64,000 nucleotides of DNA from an uncultured bacterium (GTDB lineage Bacteria > Omnitrophota > Omnitrophia > Omnitrophales > Aquincolibacteriaceae), in contig CAYSSX010000006.1 of NCBI GenBank assembly GCA_964434115.1, positions 140,106 through 204,105 on the forward strand, read 5' to 3'. Shown piece by piece: positions 1 to 11,866 of the stretch. The notes under the pieces were generated by a model, which was given only the letters and a program-made list of their open reading frames with translations, searched no databases and was not told where the DNA came from. Both the position numbers and the translations under genes were made by a program. Each line of letters opens with the position of its first letter. Position 1 is the first letter of the stretch.

Positions 1-84
1 TTCATAATCCAGTTCTTTTTCTTCCAAAACAGCGAGTACTTTACGTCCGTAAATCGAAGGGGCTGCATAATAAAGTTGAATCAT
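1..84 (-). CDS. N-terminal fragment of a glutathione S-transferase-like (thioredoxin-fold) protein; the gene continues beyond the window edge
   Basis: The reverse complement of 1..84 translates to MIQLYYAAPSIYGRKVLAVLEEKELDYE, a typical GST N-terminus. A GGAGA Shine-Dalgarno sits 7 nt upstream on the minus strand. Only 28 codons lie inside the window. Confidence 0.45.
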   Translation of the reverse strand, partial: MIQLYYAAPSIYGRKVLAVLEEKELDYE

Positions 85-322
85 ACCGTAATCTCCTTCA
101 AAACTTGAATACCGCAAAAAAAAACCGGCAGGCCGAGGCCATTCGGGTCCGGATAAGGAAGATACTCCCTGGCCGTTTTTTGCCGTAAAGATGTGTTAAA
201 ATTTCTACAAAGAACGTCATACTGCTAAACGCCTTAAGCAACATATTATAGGGGAAGGCTTGCTGAATGAAAAGAAACTTCCTTGAATATTTTAAGGGAC
301 CAGTTCTTGATCTGAAAAGGCT

Positions 323-1312
323 ATGAAAAAATATCCCAAACATTCCAAAGTTTTTAAAATTAAAGGCGGTATCCGGGAGACGCTGGAATCTTTGATGGTG
401 CAGCACGTCGTTTCGCTGGACCCTTCCGCGACATTGGCTGAGGCGGCGGCGAAGCTGAGCGAGCACAAAATCGGTGCTTTGGTAATTCTTGATAAGGGCC
501 GTTTGGCGGGAATTCTGAGCGAACGGGATTTTGTAACGCGTGTGGCGGCCGGAGGGCTTAATCTCCAAAAGACACGGGTCTCGCAAGTGATGACACGAAG
601 GGTTTTTACTGTGACGCCCCGGCACACGGTACAAGGGGTTTTGCGGTTGATGCAGCGCTACCATATCCGCCATATCCCGGTGATGAGCCGGACTGAACAG
701 GTTATCGGGATTGTTTCCATGCGCGATCTTCTAATGCATTTGCAGAACCGTCTTGAAAGCCTTGTTTCGGAACAGCGCGAAGATCTTTCTCTGGATGCCT
801 TGACGGGACTCTATAGTCCTAGATTTTTTCAGAGCTATTTGGATGCGGAAATTGCAAGAAGCCTTCGGCGAGGTTACCGTTTTTGCCTGCTTTTCATCGA
901 TTTGGATCATTTTAAAGTTTTTAATGACGCAGGAGGCCATGGCCGGGGGGATCAAATCTTGCGTGATTTTTCAGGATTGCTTCACCCTCAGAACGGGAAA
1001 GAAAAGCCTGAATTTTCAATCCGTCGTTCTGACATTGCCTTTCGTCTTGGCGGGGATGAATTTGTGCTGATCCTTCCCGAAACCCACCGGGCGGGAGCAA
1101 AAGTCTGTGCTGAAAGGCTCAGGAAGAGCGTTCAGAAAAAATTCGCATCGGTGGACGGCCGGAAGAAGCTGCCGCCAATGACGGTGAGCATTGGAATTGC
1201 AGAGTTTCCTTCAGACTCCACCCGGAAAGACGATCTTGTACATAAGGCGGATCAGGCCCTTTATAACGCGAAACGAGCTGGCCGAAACCGAGTGATGATT
1301 TGTTCCTCATGA
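323..1312 (+). CDS. CBS-pair domain protein fused to a GGDEF diguanylate cyclase
   Basis: The N-terminus has two CBS-like modules (VVSLDP...IGALVILD; VFTVTP...HIRHIPVM). The C-terminus carries the GGDEF signature RLGGDEFVLIL and an RYG..F.LLFIDLDHFK.FND start typical of GGDEF domains. Confidence 0.85.
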   Translation: MKKYPKHSKVFKIKGGIRETLESLMVQHVVSLDPSATLAEAAAKLSEHKIGALVILDKGRLAGILSERDFVTRVAAGGLNLQKTRVSQVMTRRVFTVTPRHTVQGVLRLMQRYHIRHIPVMSRTEQVIGIVSMRDLLMHLQNRLESLVSEQREDLSLDALTGLYSPRFFQSYLDAEIARSLRRGYRFCLLFIDLDHFKVFNDAGGHGRGDQILRDFSGLLHPQNGKEKPEFSIRRSDIAFRLGGDEFVLILPETHRAGAKVCAERLRKSVQKKFASVDGRKKLPPMTVSIGIAEFPSDSTRKDDLVHKADQALYNAKRAGRNRVMICSS

Positions 1313-1322
1313 AAGGGGCGTT

Positions 1323-1709
1323 ATGCCAAAAGTTTTTTTTGGAATCAGCGTTATTTTAATTGTGATTCTGGCGGTTGTTTCGGGGATTAAAGAACAGCGC
1401 TTGAACGCCGAAATTCTCAAAGCGCGAAACGAAAACCTGGCCCTTAAAAAAGAAATTACTGAGCTGGAACAGAAAGCGGGTGATGCCAAGAGCCTTCGGG
1501 CTGAAGTTTCCCTGCTGAAGACCGAAAGCGCCAGAAAAGATCAATCCTACGAAGCGTTGAAGAAAATCTCCGCGGAACAGGCCGATGAAATTGCCGCCTT
1601 AAGCCGCGAAAATGAAGGCTATGCGGAACGTCTCCGTCAGGTCTCACAGGGCTTGGCTCCCGGCAGTCCTGAAAAAGAAACTTCCGCCGAAGCCCCCAAA
1701 GCGCCTTGA
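1323..1709 (+). CDS. small membrane-anchored coiled-coil protein (FtsB/DivIC-like septum-initiator architecture, identity uncertain)
   Basis: An N-terminal hydrophobic helix (FGISVILIVILAVVSGI) is followed by heptad-rich ILKARNENLALKKEITELEQK and a Pro/Ala tail. The gene lies immediately after the GGDEF gene. Confidence 0.45.
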   Translation: MPKVFFGISVILIVILAVVSGIKEQRLNAEILKARNENLALKKEITELEQKAGDAKSLRAEVSLLKTESARKDQSYEALKKISAEQADEIAALSRENEGYAERLRQVSQGLAPGSPEKETSAEAPKAP

Positions 1710-2281
1710 GTTATTTGATGAAAGCGAATGACCCGCCTTTTCGTGACCCCTGTAAGATGGAACTCAGGAAAACCTTTCACAGCAATGGAACGCTTGAGCA
1801 GGAGACTGCCTTGAAAGGCGGGAAACGCGATGGCATGACCCGCATTTATGACGAGCGGGGAATTCTTAAGGAAGCCTTTTTCTACCGGGATGGGATGCAG
1901 CATGGCCTTTCTCAGTGGTTTTACCCAAACGGTACGCGCATGAGGGAGGTCCGTTATGCGCGCGGCGTGATGCAAGGGGTCTTGCGCACGTGGTATGAAA
2001 GCGGAGTTTTAAAAGACAAATGGCCCTTTGAAAACGGAAAGCTGAACGGTGCGGCTCAGACCTATTATCCCGATGGAACCTTAAAGGAAGAGATTCATTT
2101 TAAGAAGGATCTTCATGAAGGTGTCCATATTAAATATCATCCGAATGGAAAAATGCGGGAAGAATCTTTTTATGTGAATGATTTTCTGCATGGCAAGTGC
2201 CGTATTTTTGACGAGGACGGAAAAGTGCTCAACACGATTTACTATGATTATGGAAAGATCCTTGAAAACAAACCGAACTGA
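1706..2281 (+). CDS. MORN-repeat-variant (YwqK-like) protein
   Basis: About 23-aa repeats of the YwqK/MORN-variant type recur (G.R.G....fY.nG.l..e..y..G...G....wYenG), e.g. YPNGTRMREVRYARGVMQGVLRTWYESG and YYPDGTLKEEIHFKKDLHEGVHIKYHPNGK. Confidence 0.7.
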   Translation: MSYLMKANDPPFRDPCKMELRKTFHSNGTLEQETALKGGKRDGMTRIYDERGILKEAFFYRDGMQHGLSQWFYPNGTRMREVRYARGVMQGVLRTWYESGVLKDKWPFENGKLNGAAQTYYPDGTLKEEIHFKKDLHEGVHIKYHPNGKMREESFYVNDFLHGKCRIFDEDGKVLNTIYYDYGKILENKPN

Positions 2282-2549
2282 GCAAGGGATTGTTTTTTAC
2301 AAAGGACGCGTGCAGGGAGTGGGCTTTCGCGCCGGCTGCAGGAGCCTGTCGAAAAACTTCGCGGTCTGCGGACATGTCAAAAATTTGCCTGATGGCCGGG
2401 TGGAACTTTTAGCGGAAGGCGAGCGCAAAGAAATTCAGGCCTTTTTAGCGGCGATCCGTAATTCCCAGCTTGGAGAATACATCCGTGACGAGCAGTTTGT
2501 TTGGGCCCCTGCGGATGGGCGTTATCACAGTTTTGACATTGCGTTTTAG
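2244..2549 (+). CDS. acylphosphatase
   Basis: The signature GRVQGVGFR and the NLPDGRVELLAEG motif are present. The start is ambiguous (Met at 2244 or 2250), and the gene overlaps the 3' end of the upstream gene by about 35 nt. Confidence 0.7.
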   Translation: MIMERSLKTNRTEQGIVFYKGRVQGVGFRAGCRSLSKNFAVCGHVKNLPDGRVELLAEGERKEIQAFLAAIRNSQLGEYIRDEQFVWAPADGRYHSFDIAF

Positions 2550-2594
2550 GTGTTTCCCGCTGGATTTTCATTTCGAAACTTTCTTAAAATTTGA

Positions 2595-4691
<2,097 letters not shown>

Positions 4692-4737
4692 ATTCTCTCC
4701 GTAAAGGCATCCCTCGAAAAAGCCGATAGCCATAGGG

Positions 4738-5652
4738 ATGAATGACTCCGATCAGACCGCCTTTTCAGGCGACCCGTACTTAACAGATTTTCTCGGTTAT
4801 CTGTCCGTGGAACGCGGTTTGGCTGCCAATACCTTAACGGCCTATCGCCAAGACCTTATCTTTTATGTTTCTTTCATCAAAGAAACGCTTAAAATTTCAA
4901 GCTGGGAAAAAGTCAAACGCGACCATATTCTGAATTTTCTGATCAAGGAAAAGAACCGCGGTCTTGATTCCGCGAGCTTGGCAAGACGCCTTGTGGCTGT
5001 GAAACTTTTTCACCGCTTTTTAGTCAAAGAGCGTCATCTTGCAGAAGATGTGACCAGCGTTCTTGATTCCCCCCGGCTTTGGAAAAAACTGCCGCATTTT
5101 TTGACAGCTTCAGAAGTGGAAGCCATTCTTAAGGCGCCAGATCGAAGACAGCCCTCCGGGATGCGTGACTTTGCAATGCTGGAGTGCCTTTACTCCACCG
5201 GCCTGCGCGTGTCAGAGCTTGCCGGGATCAAAGTCGGGGACTTCAATTTAGAGAGCGGTTTTTTGCGCTGTAAAGGAAAAGGAAGCAAGGAGCGGCTGGT
5301 TCCCGTGGGGCGTCTTGCCGCCCAGTCGGTCGCCATTTACCTTGAAAAGATCCGGCCTTTACAGAAGCCCAAGACCGAACATCTTTTCCTCGCCCGCGGA
5401 GGACATGGGCTGACCCGTCAAATGATTTGGTTTCTCATAAAGAAATATGCGCGTACGGCCGGGATCCAAAAAGATATTACACCCCACACTTTCCGCCATT
5501 CGTTTGCGACCCACCTCCTTGAACACGGGGCTGACCTTCGCGTGGTCCAGGAGCTGTTAGGGCATGCGGACATCGCGACCACTCAGATTTACACGCACGT
5601 TTCCCGCGATCGCCTTAAGACGGTCCACTCTCAGTTTCATCCTCGGGGCTAG
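4738..5652 (+). CDS. xerD: tyrosine site-specific recombinase, XerD type
   Basis: The motifs LECLYSTGLRVSEL, KGSKERLVPVG and HGADLRVVQELLGHADIATTQIYTHV, with the catalytic Tyr and an HPRG C-terminus, closely follow the E. coli XerD pattern. Confidence 0.8.
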   Translation: MNDSDQTAFSGDPYLTDFLGYLSVERGLAANTLTAYRQDLIFYVSFIKETLKISSWEKVKRDHILNFLIKEKNRGLDSASLARRLVAVKLFHRFLVKERHLAEDVTSVLDSPRLWKKLPHFLTASEVEAILKAPDRRQPSGMRDFAMLECLYSTGLRVSELAGIKVGDFNLESGFLRCKGKGSKERLVPVGRLAAQSVAIYLEKIRPLQKPKTEHLFLARGGHGLTRQMIWFLIKKYARTAGIQKDITPHTFRHSFATHLLEHGADLRVVQELLGHADIATTQIYTHVSRDRLKTVHSQFHPRG

Positions 5653-5683
5653 ACAGATGCTTTTGCGAACGCTTTCTGATAGA

Positions 5684-6127
5684 ATGAAAAAAAATACGGA
5701 GGTTCCCTTGAAAGCCATCTTCCTTTTTCTTTCCCTGACTTTTTTGATCCTGACTGGAACGGCACAGGCTGATGAGGGAACCATTTCCGATCCGTCTGCC
5801 CCTGAAGCTTCTGATTTCAATCAATGGGAAAACGAGTTCAAGTCTTCGCTGGACGATTTGAGTAAACCGGGTTCGACGCCTCCTGCGTCCTCAGGGACTG
5901 CTGTTGCCAATGTCCCCGCGGCTTCTATTTTGAAGAAAGCGCCTAAACCGCAAGCCCCGCTTCCGGAGCAGCCCCTGCCTTCTCCGGATGTTGAAACTGT
6001 GGATGGGAATACTCGCGTAGACCGGGTTGAAAGCCGGGTCGCCCAGCTTGAGCGGAGCCTCCGGTTGATGGAGGAACGTCTTCGAATGCTCGACAGGGAA
6101 GTGGATGATTTGAAACGCCGCCGTTAA
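5684..6127 (+). CDS. hypothetical secreted protein with a C-terminal coiled coil
   Basis: An internal Met in ORF 5564..6127 precedes a signal peptide (MKKNTEVPLKAIFLFLSLTFLILTGTAQA). A Ser/Pro-rich middle is followed by RVESRVAQLERSLRLMEERLRMLDREVDDLKRRR. The upstream part of the listed ORF overlaps xerD out of frame. Confidence 0.45.
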   Translation: MKKNTEVPLKAIFLFLSLTFLILTGTAQADEGTISDPSAPEASDFNQWENEFKSSLDDLSKPGSTPPASSGTAVANVPAASILKKAPKPQAPLPEQPLPSPDVETVDGNTRVDRVESRVAQLERSLRLMEERLRMLDREVDDLKRRR

Positions 6128-6141
6128 GTCCACGGCATCAA

Positions 6142-6170
6142 TTGACATAACCCGTCACCTTCGCTATACT
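6142..6170 (+). promoter_or_regulatory. consensus sigma70-type promoter (TTGACA-17-TATACT)
   Basis: TTGACA at 6142-6147, an exact 17-nt spacer, and TATACT at 6165-6170. It sits about 80 nt upstream of the tRNA-like gene and about 200 nt upstream of purB. Confidence 0.5.
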
Positions 6171-6249
6171 CCGCTCGTCTTTGCCGCATCTGCGGTTCTA
6201 AACTTTTCCGCTTCCAACTCAACCATTCGTGGGACTCGATACGCATCAT

Positions 6250-6324
6250 GGCGCTATCGTCTAGCCCGATCTAGGACGTTGCCCTCTCAAGGCAAAAACA
6301 CGGGTTTAAATCCCGTTAGCGCTA
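6250..6324 (+). tRNA. tRNA-Glu(CUC)-like gene with an atypical T-loop (TTTAAAT) and no encoded CCA
   Basis: A manual cloverleaf fits: acceptor GGCGCTA/TAGCGCT (7 bp, G1-U72 wobble), U8, D-stem GTCT/GGAC, anticodon stem TTGCC/GGCAA with loop CTCTCAA (anticodon CTC), and T-stem ACGGG/CCCGT. T56 replaces the conserved C56. Confidence 0.5.
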
Positions 6325-6367
6325 TGCGATAGACTGCGGCGTGGTTGAACCCAGAATCAGGATTGGT

Positions 6368-7711
6368 ATGATTTCGCGGTATACACGGCCCGAAATGGGC
6401 GCATTGTGGACTGAACACACCAAGGTCGCCAAGTGGCTCGAGGTTGAACTCGCTGCTTTGGACGCACTTGCAAAGTATCGCTATATCCCCAGAGATATCC
6501 CTGCCAAGGTCCGTAAAAAGGCCAACTTCAACCTGGAACGCATCCAGGAAATCGAAAAAGTCGTTAACCACGATGTGATTGCTTTTCTTACCAACCTTGC
6601 GGAGTACGTTGGTCCGGCAGGCCGGTACGTGCATTTTGGGCTTACTTCTTCGGATATCCTCGATACAGGCCTTGCACTTCAAATAAAAGAAGCCTCAAAG
6701 CTGATCCGAAAAGAAATTGTGACGCTGATTGATATCCTCCGCGAAAAAGCCGATGAGCACCGCCATACAGTGATGGCCGGACGAAGCCATGGGGTCCATG
6801 CAGAACCAACGACCTTTGGCCTTAAAATGGCGCTCTTTTATCAGGAGTTTCAGCGGAATCTCCGCCGTTTTGATGCGGCTTCGGAAAATGTGGAATACGG
6901 TAAAATTTCAGGAGCCGTGGGAACCTTTGCCAATGTGGACCCTAAGGTAGAAGAAGATGTTTGCCGCCGCCTGGGACTTAAACCAGCGCCGATTTCTACC
7001 CAGATTGTCCAGCGTGACCGCCATGCGGAGTATCTCAATACGATTGCCTTGCTAGGCTGCTCGCTTGAAAAATTGGCCACGGAAATACGGGGACTTCAGA
7101 AAACAGAAACCCTTGAAGTTCAGGAGCATTTCGGAAAAGGACAAAAAGGTTCTTCCGCGATGCCGCACAAGCGGAATCCGATCACGTGTGAGCGTATTGC
7201 CGGCCTTTCCCGCATCCTTCGCGGAAATGCGCTTGCCGGGATGGAAAACGTGGCGCTTTGGCATGAACGCGATATTACCCATTCCTCCGTGGAACGCGTG
7301 ATTTTTCCGGACAGCACGATTCTTGTTCATTATATGCTGACGCTTATGCAGGGAGTGATCCGCGACCTCTTGGTGCTTAAAGACAATATGCTGAACAATT
7401 TGGAAAAGAGCCGCGGGGTTGTTTTTTCCCAAGGACTTCTCCTCAAACTTGTTGAAAAAGGGCTGACGCGCGAAGCCGCTTATGCCTTGGTTCAAGAAGC
7501 CGCCAAGAGAGTGTGGGACGAAGGTGTTGTGTCCCTCCGTGAAGCGGTTGTCAATGACCGCGACATTTTAAAGCATCTGAGCCGCAAGGAAGCCGAAAGT
7601 GTTTTTGATTACGCCTACCACCTTAAAAACGTGAATAAGATTTTTGATCGTGTTGGGATTCCGGCCAAAAAACAGCAGGTCAAAAAGAAAAAAACAATGG
7701 CCAAGGCGTAA
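6368..7711 (+). CDS. purB: adenylosuccinate lyase PurB
   Basis: The N-terminus MISRYTRPEM (internal Met of the listed ORF), the fumarate-lyase signature GSSAMPHKRNP and a C-terminal PurB domain are present. The protein ends with a short Lys-rich tail. Confidence 0.95.
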   Translation: MISRYTRPEMGALWTEHTKVAKWLEVELAALDALAKYRYIPRDIPAKVRKKANFNLERIQEIEKVVNHDVIAFLTNLAEYVGPAGRYVHFGLTSSDILDTGLALQIKEASKLIRKEIVTLIDILREKADEHRHTVMAGRSHGVHAEPTTFGLKMALFYQEFQRNLRRFDAASENVEYGKISGAVGTFANVDPKVEEDVCRRLGLKPAPISTQIVQRDRHAEYLNTIALLGCSLEKLATEIRGLQKTETLEVQEHFGKGQKGSSAMPHKRNPITCERIAGLSRILRGNALAGMENVALWHERDITHSSVERVIFPDSTILVHYMLTLMQGVIRDLLVLKDNMLNNLEKSRGVVFSQGLLLKLVEKGLTREAAYALVQEAAKRVWDEGVVSLREAVVNDRDILKHLSRKEAESVFDYAYHLKNVNKIFDRVGIPAKKQQVKKKKTMAKA

Positions 7712-7737
7712 GCCGGCCTTTACCGGAGACAGAAGCT

Positions 7738-8652
7738 ATGGGAGTTTCCATGACAACACCGGATGCGATTCTTGAAACCAAACTTCCACTGCCTCTTTTG
7801 GGCCGCGGAAAAGTCCGAGATATTTATGACATGCCAGGCGACCGGCTTTTGATTGTTTCCACGGACCGCCTGAGTGCTTTTGATGTGGTCCTTCCGAATC
7901 CCATTCCATTTAAGGGACGCGTGCTGACCCAGCTTTCCGTGTTCTGGCTGAAAAAATTTGAAAGCTGGATGCCGCATCATTTGATTACGGCGGATATCCG
8001 TGAGATGGGGCTTCCGGAGAATGTGCTCCGCGAGCATGGCGCTGTTCTGGAAGGCCGCAGCATGCTGGTCAAGAAGGCCAAGCCGCTTCCCATTGAATGC
8101 GTGGTTCGCGGTTATGTGACGGGTTCCGGCTGGAAAGATTATTTAAAGACAGGCGCGATCTGCGGCCACAAACTTCCTGAAGGGCTTAAACAATGCGAAA
8201 AGCTGAAAACGCCCATTTTTACTCCGGCTACAAAGGAATCCACGGGACATGACATCAACATCAGCGTTGAACAGGCAACGCAGCTGATCGGTTCTGATCT
8301 CGCAAAAAAAGCCGAACAGATGACCATTGAGCTTTATGAGAAAGGCCGTGATTTTGCCGATACCTGCGGCATTTTGATTGCGGATACCAAATTTGAATTC
8401 GGAGTTTATAAAGGGGAATTGATTCTGATCGATGAAGTGCTGACGCCGGACAGCTCACGTTTCTGGCCCAAAGACAATTATGAGGCCGGTCATGATCAGC
8501 CCAGTTATGACAAGCAGATTGTGCGCAACTATCTTTTGGACATCCGCTGGAACCAGAATCCCCCGGGACCGGAACTGCCGCCGGATGTTGTCCAGAAAAC
8601 TTCACAGGCCTACCGCGACGTCTATAAGCGTTTGTCGGGCCGGGAACTTTAA
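7738..8652 (+). CDS. purC: phosphoribosylaminoimidazole-succinocarboxamide synthase PurC
   Basis: SAICAR synthetase motifs GKVRDIY, LLIVSTDRLSAFD and ILIADTKFEFG are present. Confidence 0.95.
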   Translation: MGVSMTTPDAILETKLPLPLLGRGKVRDIYDMPGDRLLIVSTDRLSAFDVVLPNPIPFKGRVLTQLSVFWLKKFESWMPHHLITADIREMGLPENVLREHGAVLEGRSMLVKKAKPLPIECVVRGYVTGSGWKDYLKTGAICGHKLPEGLKQCEKLKTPIFTPATKESTGHDINISVEQATQLIGSDLAKKAEQMTIELYEKGRDFADTCGILIADTKFEFGVYKGELILIDEVLTPDSSRFWPKDNYEAGHDQPSYDKQIVRNYLLDIRWNQNPPGPELPPDVVQKTSQAYRDVYKRLSGREL

Positions 8653-8663
8653 AAGGGGACGCA

Positions 8664-8924
8664 ATGTATAAAGCCACGATTAATGTGACGCTTAAGAAGT
8701 CAGTGCTTGATCCTCAGGGGCAGACCGTTCTCCATGCGCTTTCGACACTCGGCTTTAAAGAAGCCCGGGATCTTCGCGTCGGCAAATTCTTTGAGTTGAC
8801 CGTAGACGAAGCGGACAAAACCCGTGCGGAAGCCAGGATCCGGGAAATGTGCGACAAGCTTTTAATTAACCCCGTCATCGAAGAATACTCCCTGACGCTC
8901 CGGGAAGAAAAAGCGGCCCGCTAA
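8664..8924 (+). CDS. purS: FGAM synthase PurS subunit
   Basis: An 86-aa protein beginning [22 protein letters not shown], typical PurS, lying immediately before purQ. Confidence 0.9.
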   Translation: MYKATINVTLKKSVLDPQGQTVLHALSTLGFKEARDLRVGKFFELTVDEADKTRAEARIREMCDKLLINPVIEEYSLTLREEKAAR

Positions 8925-9616
8925 TGAGCAGCATGAAAGCCGCAGTGATTGTTTTTCCGGGATCAAACTGCGATACGGATTGCTTCAATGTCCTCAAAGA
9001 TGTCATGCGTATGGATGTTTCTTATGTATGGCACAAAGAAAAGACCCTTCCCAAAGTTGACCTTGTGATTCTGCCCGGCGGATTCAGTTACGGGGACTAC
9101 CTTCGAACAGGGGCGGTGGCCCGGTTTTCTCCGGCCATGGACGCGGTGATTAAGCACGCCAATGAAGGACGTCTCGTGCTCGGTATTTGCAACGGCTTTC
9201 AGATTCTCCTCGAATCAGGACTGCTTCCCGGCGCGATGCTTCGGAATGCCTCCATGAGTTTTGTCTGTGAACATGTGTGGCTTCGAGTCGAAGACAACAG
9301 CAGTGTTTTTACCCGAAGCCTGAAAAAAGGGGAAACGATCTGCGTTCCGATCGCCCATGGGGAAGGGAATTATTTTTGCGATGATGATACTTTGAAAAAG
9401 CTTCAGGATCAGTCGCAGGTTGCCTTCCGCTATTCTTCGAAAGAGGGCAAGACGACGCCGGAGTTTAACCCCAATGGATCAAGAGACAACATCGCAGGCA
9501 TTTTTAATGCAAAGCGCAATGTTCTTGGGATGATGCCTCACCCGGAGCGCGCCAGTGAACCGGTGCTTGGCTTTGAACAGGGCCGGAAGATTTTTGAAAG
9601 CCTTGTGGGAGCTTAG
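8924..9616 (+). CDS. purQ: FGAM synthase glutamine amidotransferase subunit PurQ
   Basis: A class-I GATase with LGICNGFQ (catalytic Cys) and a C-terminal HPER. TAATG overlap with purS. Confidence 0.95.
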   Translation: MSSMKAAVIVFPGSNCDTDCFNVLKDVMRMDVSYVWHKEKTLPKVDLVILPGGFSYGDYLRTGAVARFSPAMDAVIKHANEGRLVLGICNGFQILLESGLLPGAMLRNASMSFVCEHVWLRVEDNSSVFTRSLKKGETICVPIAHGEGNYFCDDDTLKKLQDQSQVAFRYSSKEGKTTPEFNPNGSRDNIAGIFNAKRNVLGMMPHPERASEPVLGFEQGRKIFESLVGA

Positions 9617-9622
9617 GCCGCT

Positions 9623-11860
9623 ATGACTACGGAGACTCAAATTAAAATTACACCGGAAATGATTGCCGCGCATGGAATCACCGAGGCCGAGTACCAGCGT
9701 ATTGTGAAAATCCTGGGCCGTGATCCCAACTTCACAGAACTCGGTATTTTCAGCGTCATGTGGAGCGAACACTGCTCTTATAAAAACTCCAAACCGATTT
9801 TAAAAACTTTCCCGACCGAAGGACCGAATCTTCTGGTTCGAGCGGGCGAAGAAAACGCCGGCATTGTGGATATCGGAGACGGCCTCGCCATCTGTTTCAA
9901 AATTGAAAGTCATAATCATCCCTCAGCCATTGAGCCTTTTCAGGGGGCGGCGACAGGGGTTGGCGGCATTCTCCGGGATATTTTTACCATGGGGTCGCGT
10001 CCGATTCTGCTGATGAACTCTCTGCGGTTTGGGAATCTCGATGCCCCTGTGACCAAGCGCCTCTTCCGAGGCGTTGTAGCCGGAATCGCCCATTATGGTA
10101 ACTGTATTGGTGTTCCGACGATTGGCGGAGAAGTCTATTTTGACGAATGTTATGAAGGCAATCCGCTTGTGAACGCCATGGCGCTTGGCATTATGAAAAC
10201 CAATGAAATTGTGAAGGGCAAGGCCTCCGGTGTGGGGAATCCTGTTTATTACGTAGGTGCCTCTACAGGCCGTGACGGATTAGGCGGAGCCGCTTTTGCG
10301 TCTAAGGAATTGACCGAGGAAAGCCATGAAGACCGCCCGGCTGTTCAAGTCGGAGATCCGTTCATGGAAAAACTTCTGATGGAAGCCTGCCTTGAACTCA
10401 TGAAGACCGATGCCTTGATCGGGATGCAGGACATGGGCGCCGCAGGGCTGACCTGCTCGACCTGCGAAACCGCGGCCCGCGGTTCCACGGGAATTGAAAT
10501 TGACCTTCAAAAAGTTCCGCTTCGTGAAAGCGGCATGATTCCTTATGAAATCATGCTGTCTGAATCCCAGGAACGTATGCTGATCATCGCTCAGAAAGGC
10601 AAAGAACGTAAGGTCGAAGAAATTTTTGAGAAATGGGATCTTCATGCCGTGAAAATCGGCGAAGTCAAAGACGGCCACTTGATGCGCGTGAAAAGCGGCA
10701 ATGAAGTGGTCGCTGAAATTCCGGCCAAGGCCCTTGCCGATGAAGGCCCTATTTATATCCGCGAGGAAAAACGTCCTGCTTACTTGGATGAAGCGCAGTC
10801 TTTTGACAGCAAGAGCGTCAAGATCCCCGCAGATTTTAATGCGGTTTTGAAAAAGCTTTTGGATCATCCGTCTCTCGCCTCCAAGGCCTGGGTTTGGAAA
10901 CAGTACGATCACATGGTGCGGACAGACACGGTTTTTTATCCAGGGCATGATGCGGCGTTGATTCGTATCAAAGGAACCAAAAAGGGCATCGCCGTTTCAA
11001 CCGACTGCAACAGCCTCTACTGTTATCTGGATCCTTTTGAAGGGGGCAAAATTGCGGTGGCGGAATCTTCCCGTAATGTCGTCTGCTCCGGCGCGCGTCC
11101 GCTTGCGATTACAAATTGTCTTAATTTCGGCAATCCCATGAAACCTGAAATTTTCTGGCAATTCCATCAGGCAGTCAACGGCATGATCGCCGCCTGTAAA
11201 GCGCTTGGAACACCTGTGACCGGCGGAAATGTCAGTCTCTATAATGAAAGCCCGACGGCAGCGATTTATCCGACCCCGACCGTAGGAATGGTGGGTCTTA
11301 TGGAAGATATTGAGAAGCGCGTTCCTTCTTTCTTTCAAAGTGAAGGAGATCTGGTGTTTCTTGCAGGGGATACTCTTGAAGAAATCGGCGGCACCTATTA
11401 TCTGATGATTGAGCATGGTTTGAAGAAGGGACTGCCTCCTCGTCTGGATCTTGAAAAGGAAACACGTCTTCAAAAATTTATTATTGGAATGGCGGAAACC
11501 GGACGTCTGGCGTCCTGCCACGATTTGTCCGAGGGCGGTCTTGCTCTTGCCGCCGCGGAAGCCTGTTTTGATCCTAACAGCCCCAAGGGTGTTGTGATTG
11601 ATCAGCTTGACCTGTCTGTCCGGGGGAAGATACGGGAAGACGCGCTTTATTTTGGAGAAACACAGTCGCGCGCACTCATGACTGTAAAGCCGGAGTATAA
11701 AGAAGATATTTTGAAGAGGGCCGTTGAAGCGAATGTTCCTCTTTACCAAATCGGCTGTGTCAGCGGACAGGAAATTGTGATTGGTGATAGAATAAAGCTC
11801 CCAGTCGTGGAAGCTTCCAAGATTTTTCAATCGGCTATTCCCAAAAGAATGGCCAGATAG
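9623..11860 (+). CDS. purL: FGAM synthase II large subunit PurL
   Basis: A 745-aa AIRS-fold tandem domain protein ([20 protein letters not shown]) in the pur-operon position. Confidence 0.95.
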   Translation: MTTETQIKITPEMIAAHGITEAEYQRIVKILGRDPNFTELGIFSVMWSEHCSYKNSKPILKTFPTEGPNLLVRAGEENAGIVDIGDGLAICFKIESHNHPSAIEPFQGAATGVGGILRDIFTMGSRPILLMNSLRFGNLDAPVTKRLFRGVVAGIAHYGNCIGVPTIGGEVYFDECYEGNPLVNAMALGIMKTNEIVKGKASGVGNPVYYVGASTGRDGLGGAAFASKELTEESHEDRPAVQVGDPFMEKLLMEACLELMKTDALIGMQDMGAAGLTCSTCETAARGSTGIEIDLQKVPLRESGMIPYEIMLSESQERMLIIAQKGKERKVEEIFEKWDLHAVKIGEVKDGHLMRVKSGNEVVAEIPAKALADEGPIYIREEKRPAYLDEAQSFDSKSVKIPADFNAVLKKLLDHPSLASKAWVWKQYDHMVRTDTVFYPGHDAALIRIKGTKKGIAVSTDCNSLYCYLDPFEGGKIAVAESSRNVVCSGARPLAITNCLNFGNPMKPEIFWQFHQAVNGMIAACKALGTPVTGGNVSLYNESPTAAIYPTPTVGMVGLMEDIEKRVPSFFQSEGDLVFLAGDTLEEIGGTYYLMIEHGLKKGLPPRLDLEKETRLQKFIIGMAETGRLASCHDLSEGGLALAAAEACFDPNSPKGVVIDQLDLSVRGKIREDALYFGETQSRALMTVKPEYKEDILKRAVEANVPLYQIGCVSGQEIVIGDRIKLPVVEASKIFQSAIPKRMAR

Positions 11861-11866
11861 GGGATT

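Noticed and set aside
98-673. 191-aa minus-strand ORF, and the nested 111-aa ORF at 292..627
   Set aside because: Both lie antisense to, or overlap, the well-supported CBS-GGDEF gene and its upstream region. They have no domain signature and no RBS. The real minus-strand gene here is the short GST-like start at 1..84.
4738-5652. The tyrosine recombinase as a phage or island integrase marking a mobile element
   Set aside because: Its length (304 aa) and motif set match housekeeping XerD rather than the larger phage integrases. It sits between ligA and the pur operon, with no flanking direct repeats or cargo genes.
6177-6367. Purine (guanine/adenine) or ZTP riboswitch in the pur-operon leader
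   Set aside because: The conserved riboswitch cores are not present. For the purine riboswitch these are UAUA...GGAUAUGGC...CCGUAAAU. The ZTP pseudoknot motifs are also absent. The leader is instead occupied by the tRNA-like cloverleaf.
8261-8677. 138-aa minus-strand ORF overlapping the 3' end of purC
   Set aside because: Antisense artefact. purC is complete on the + strand.
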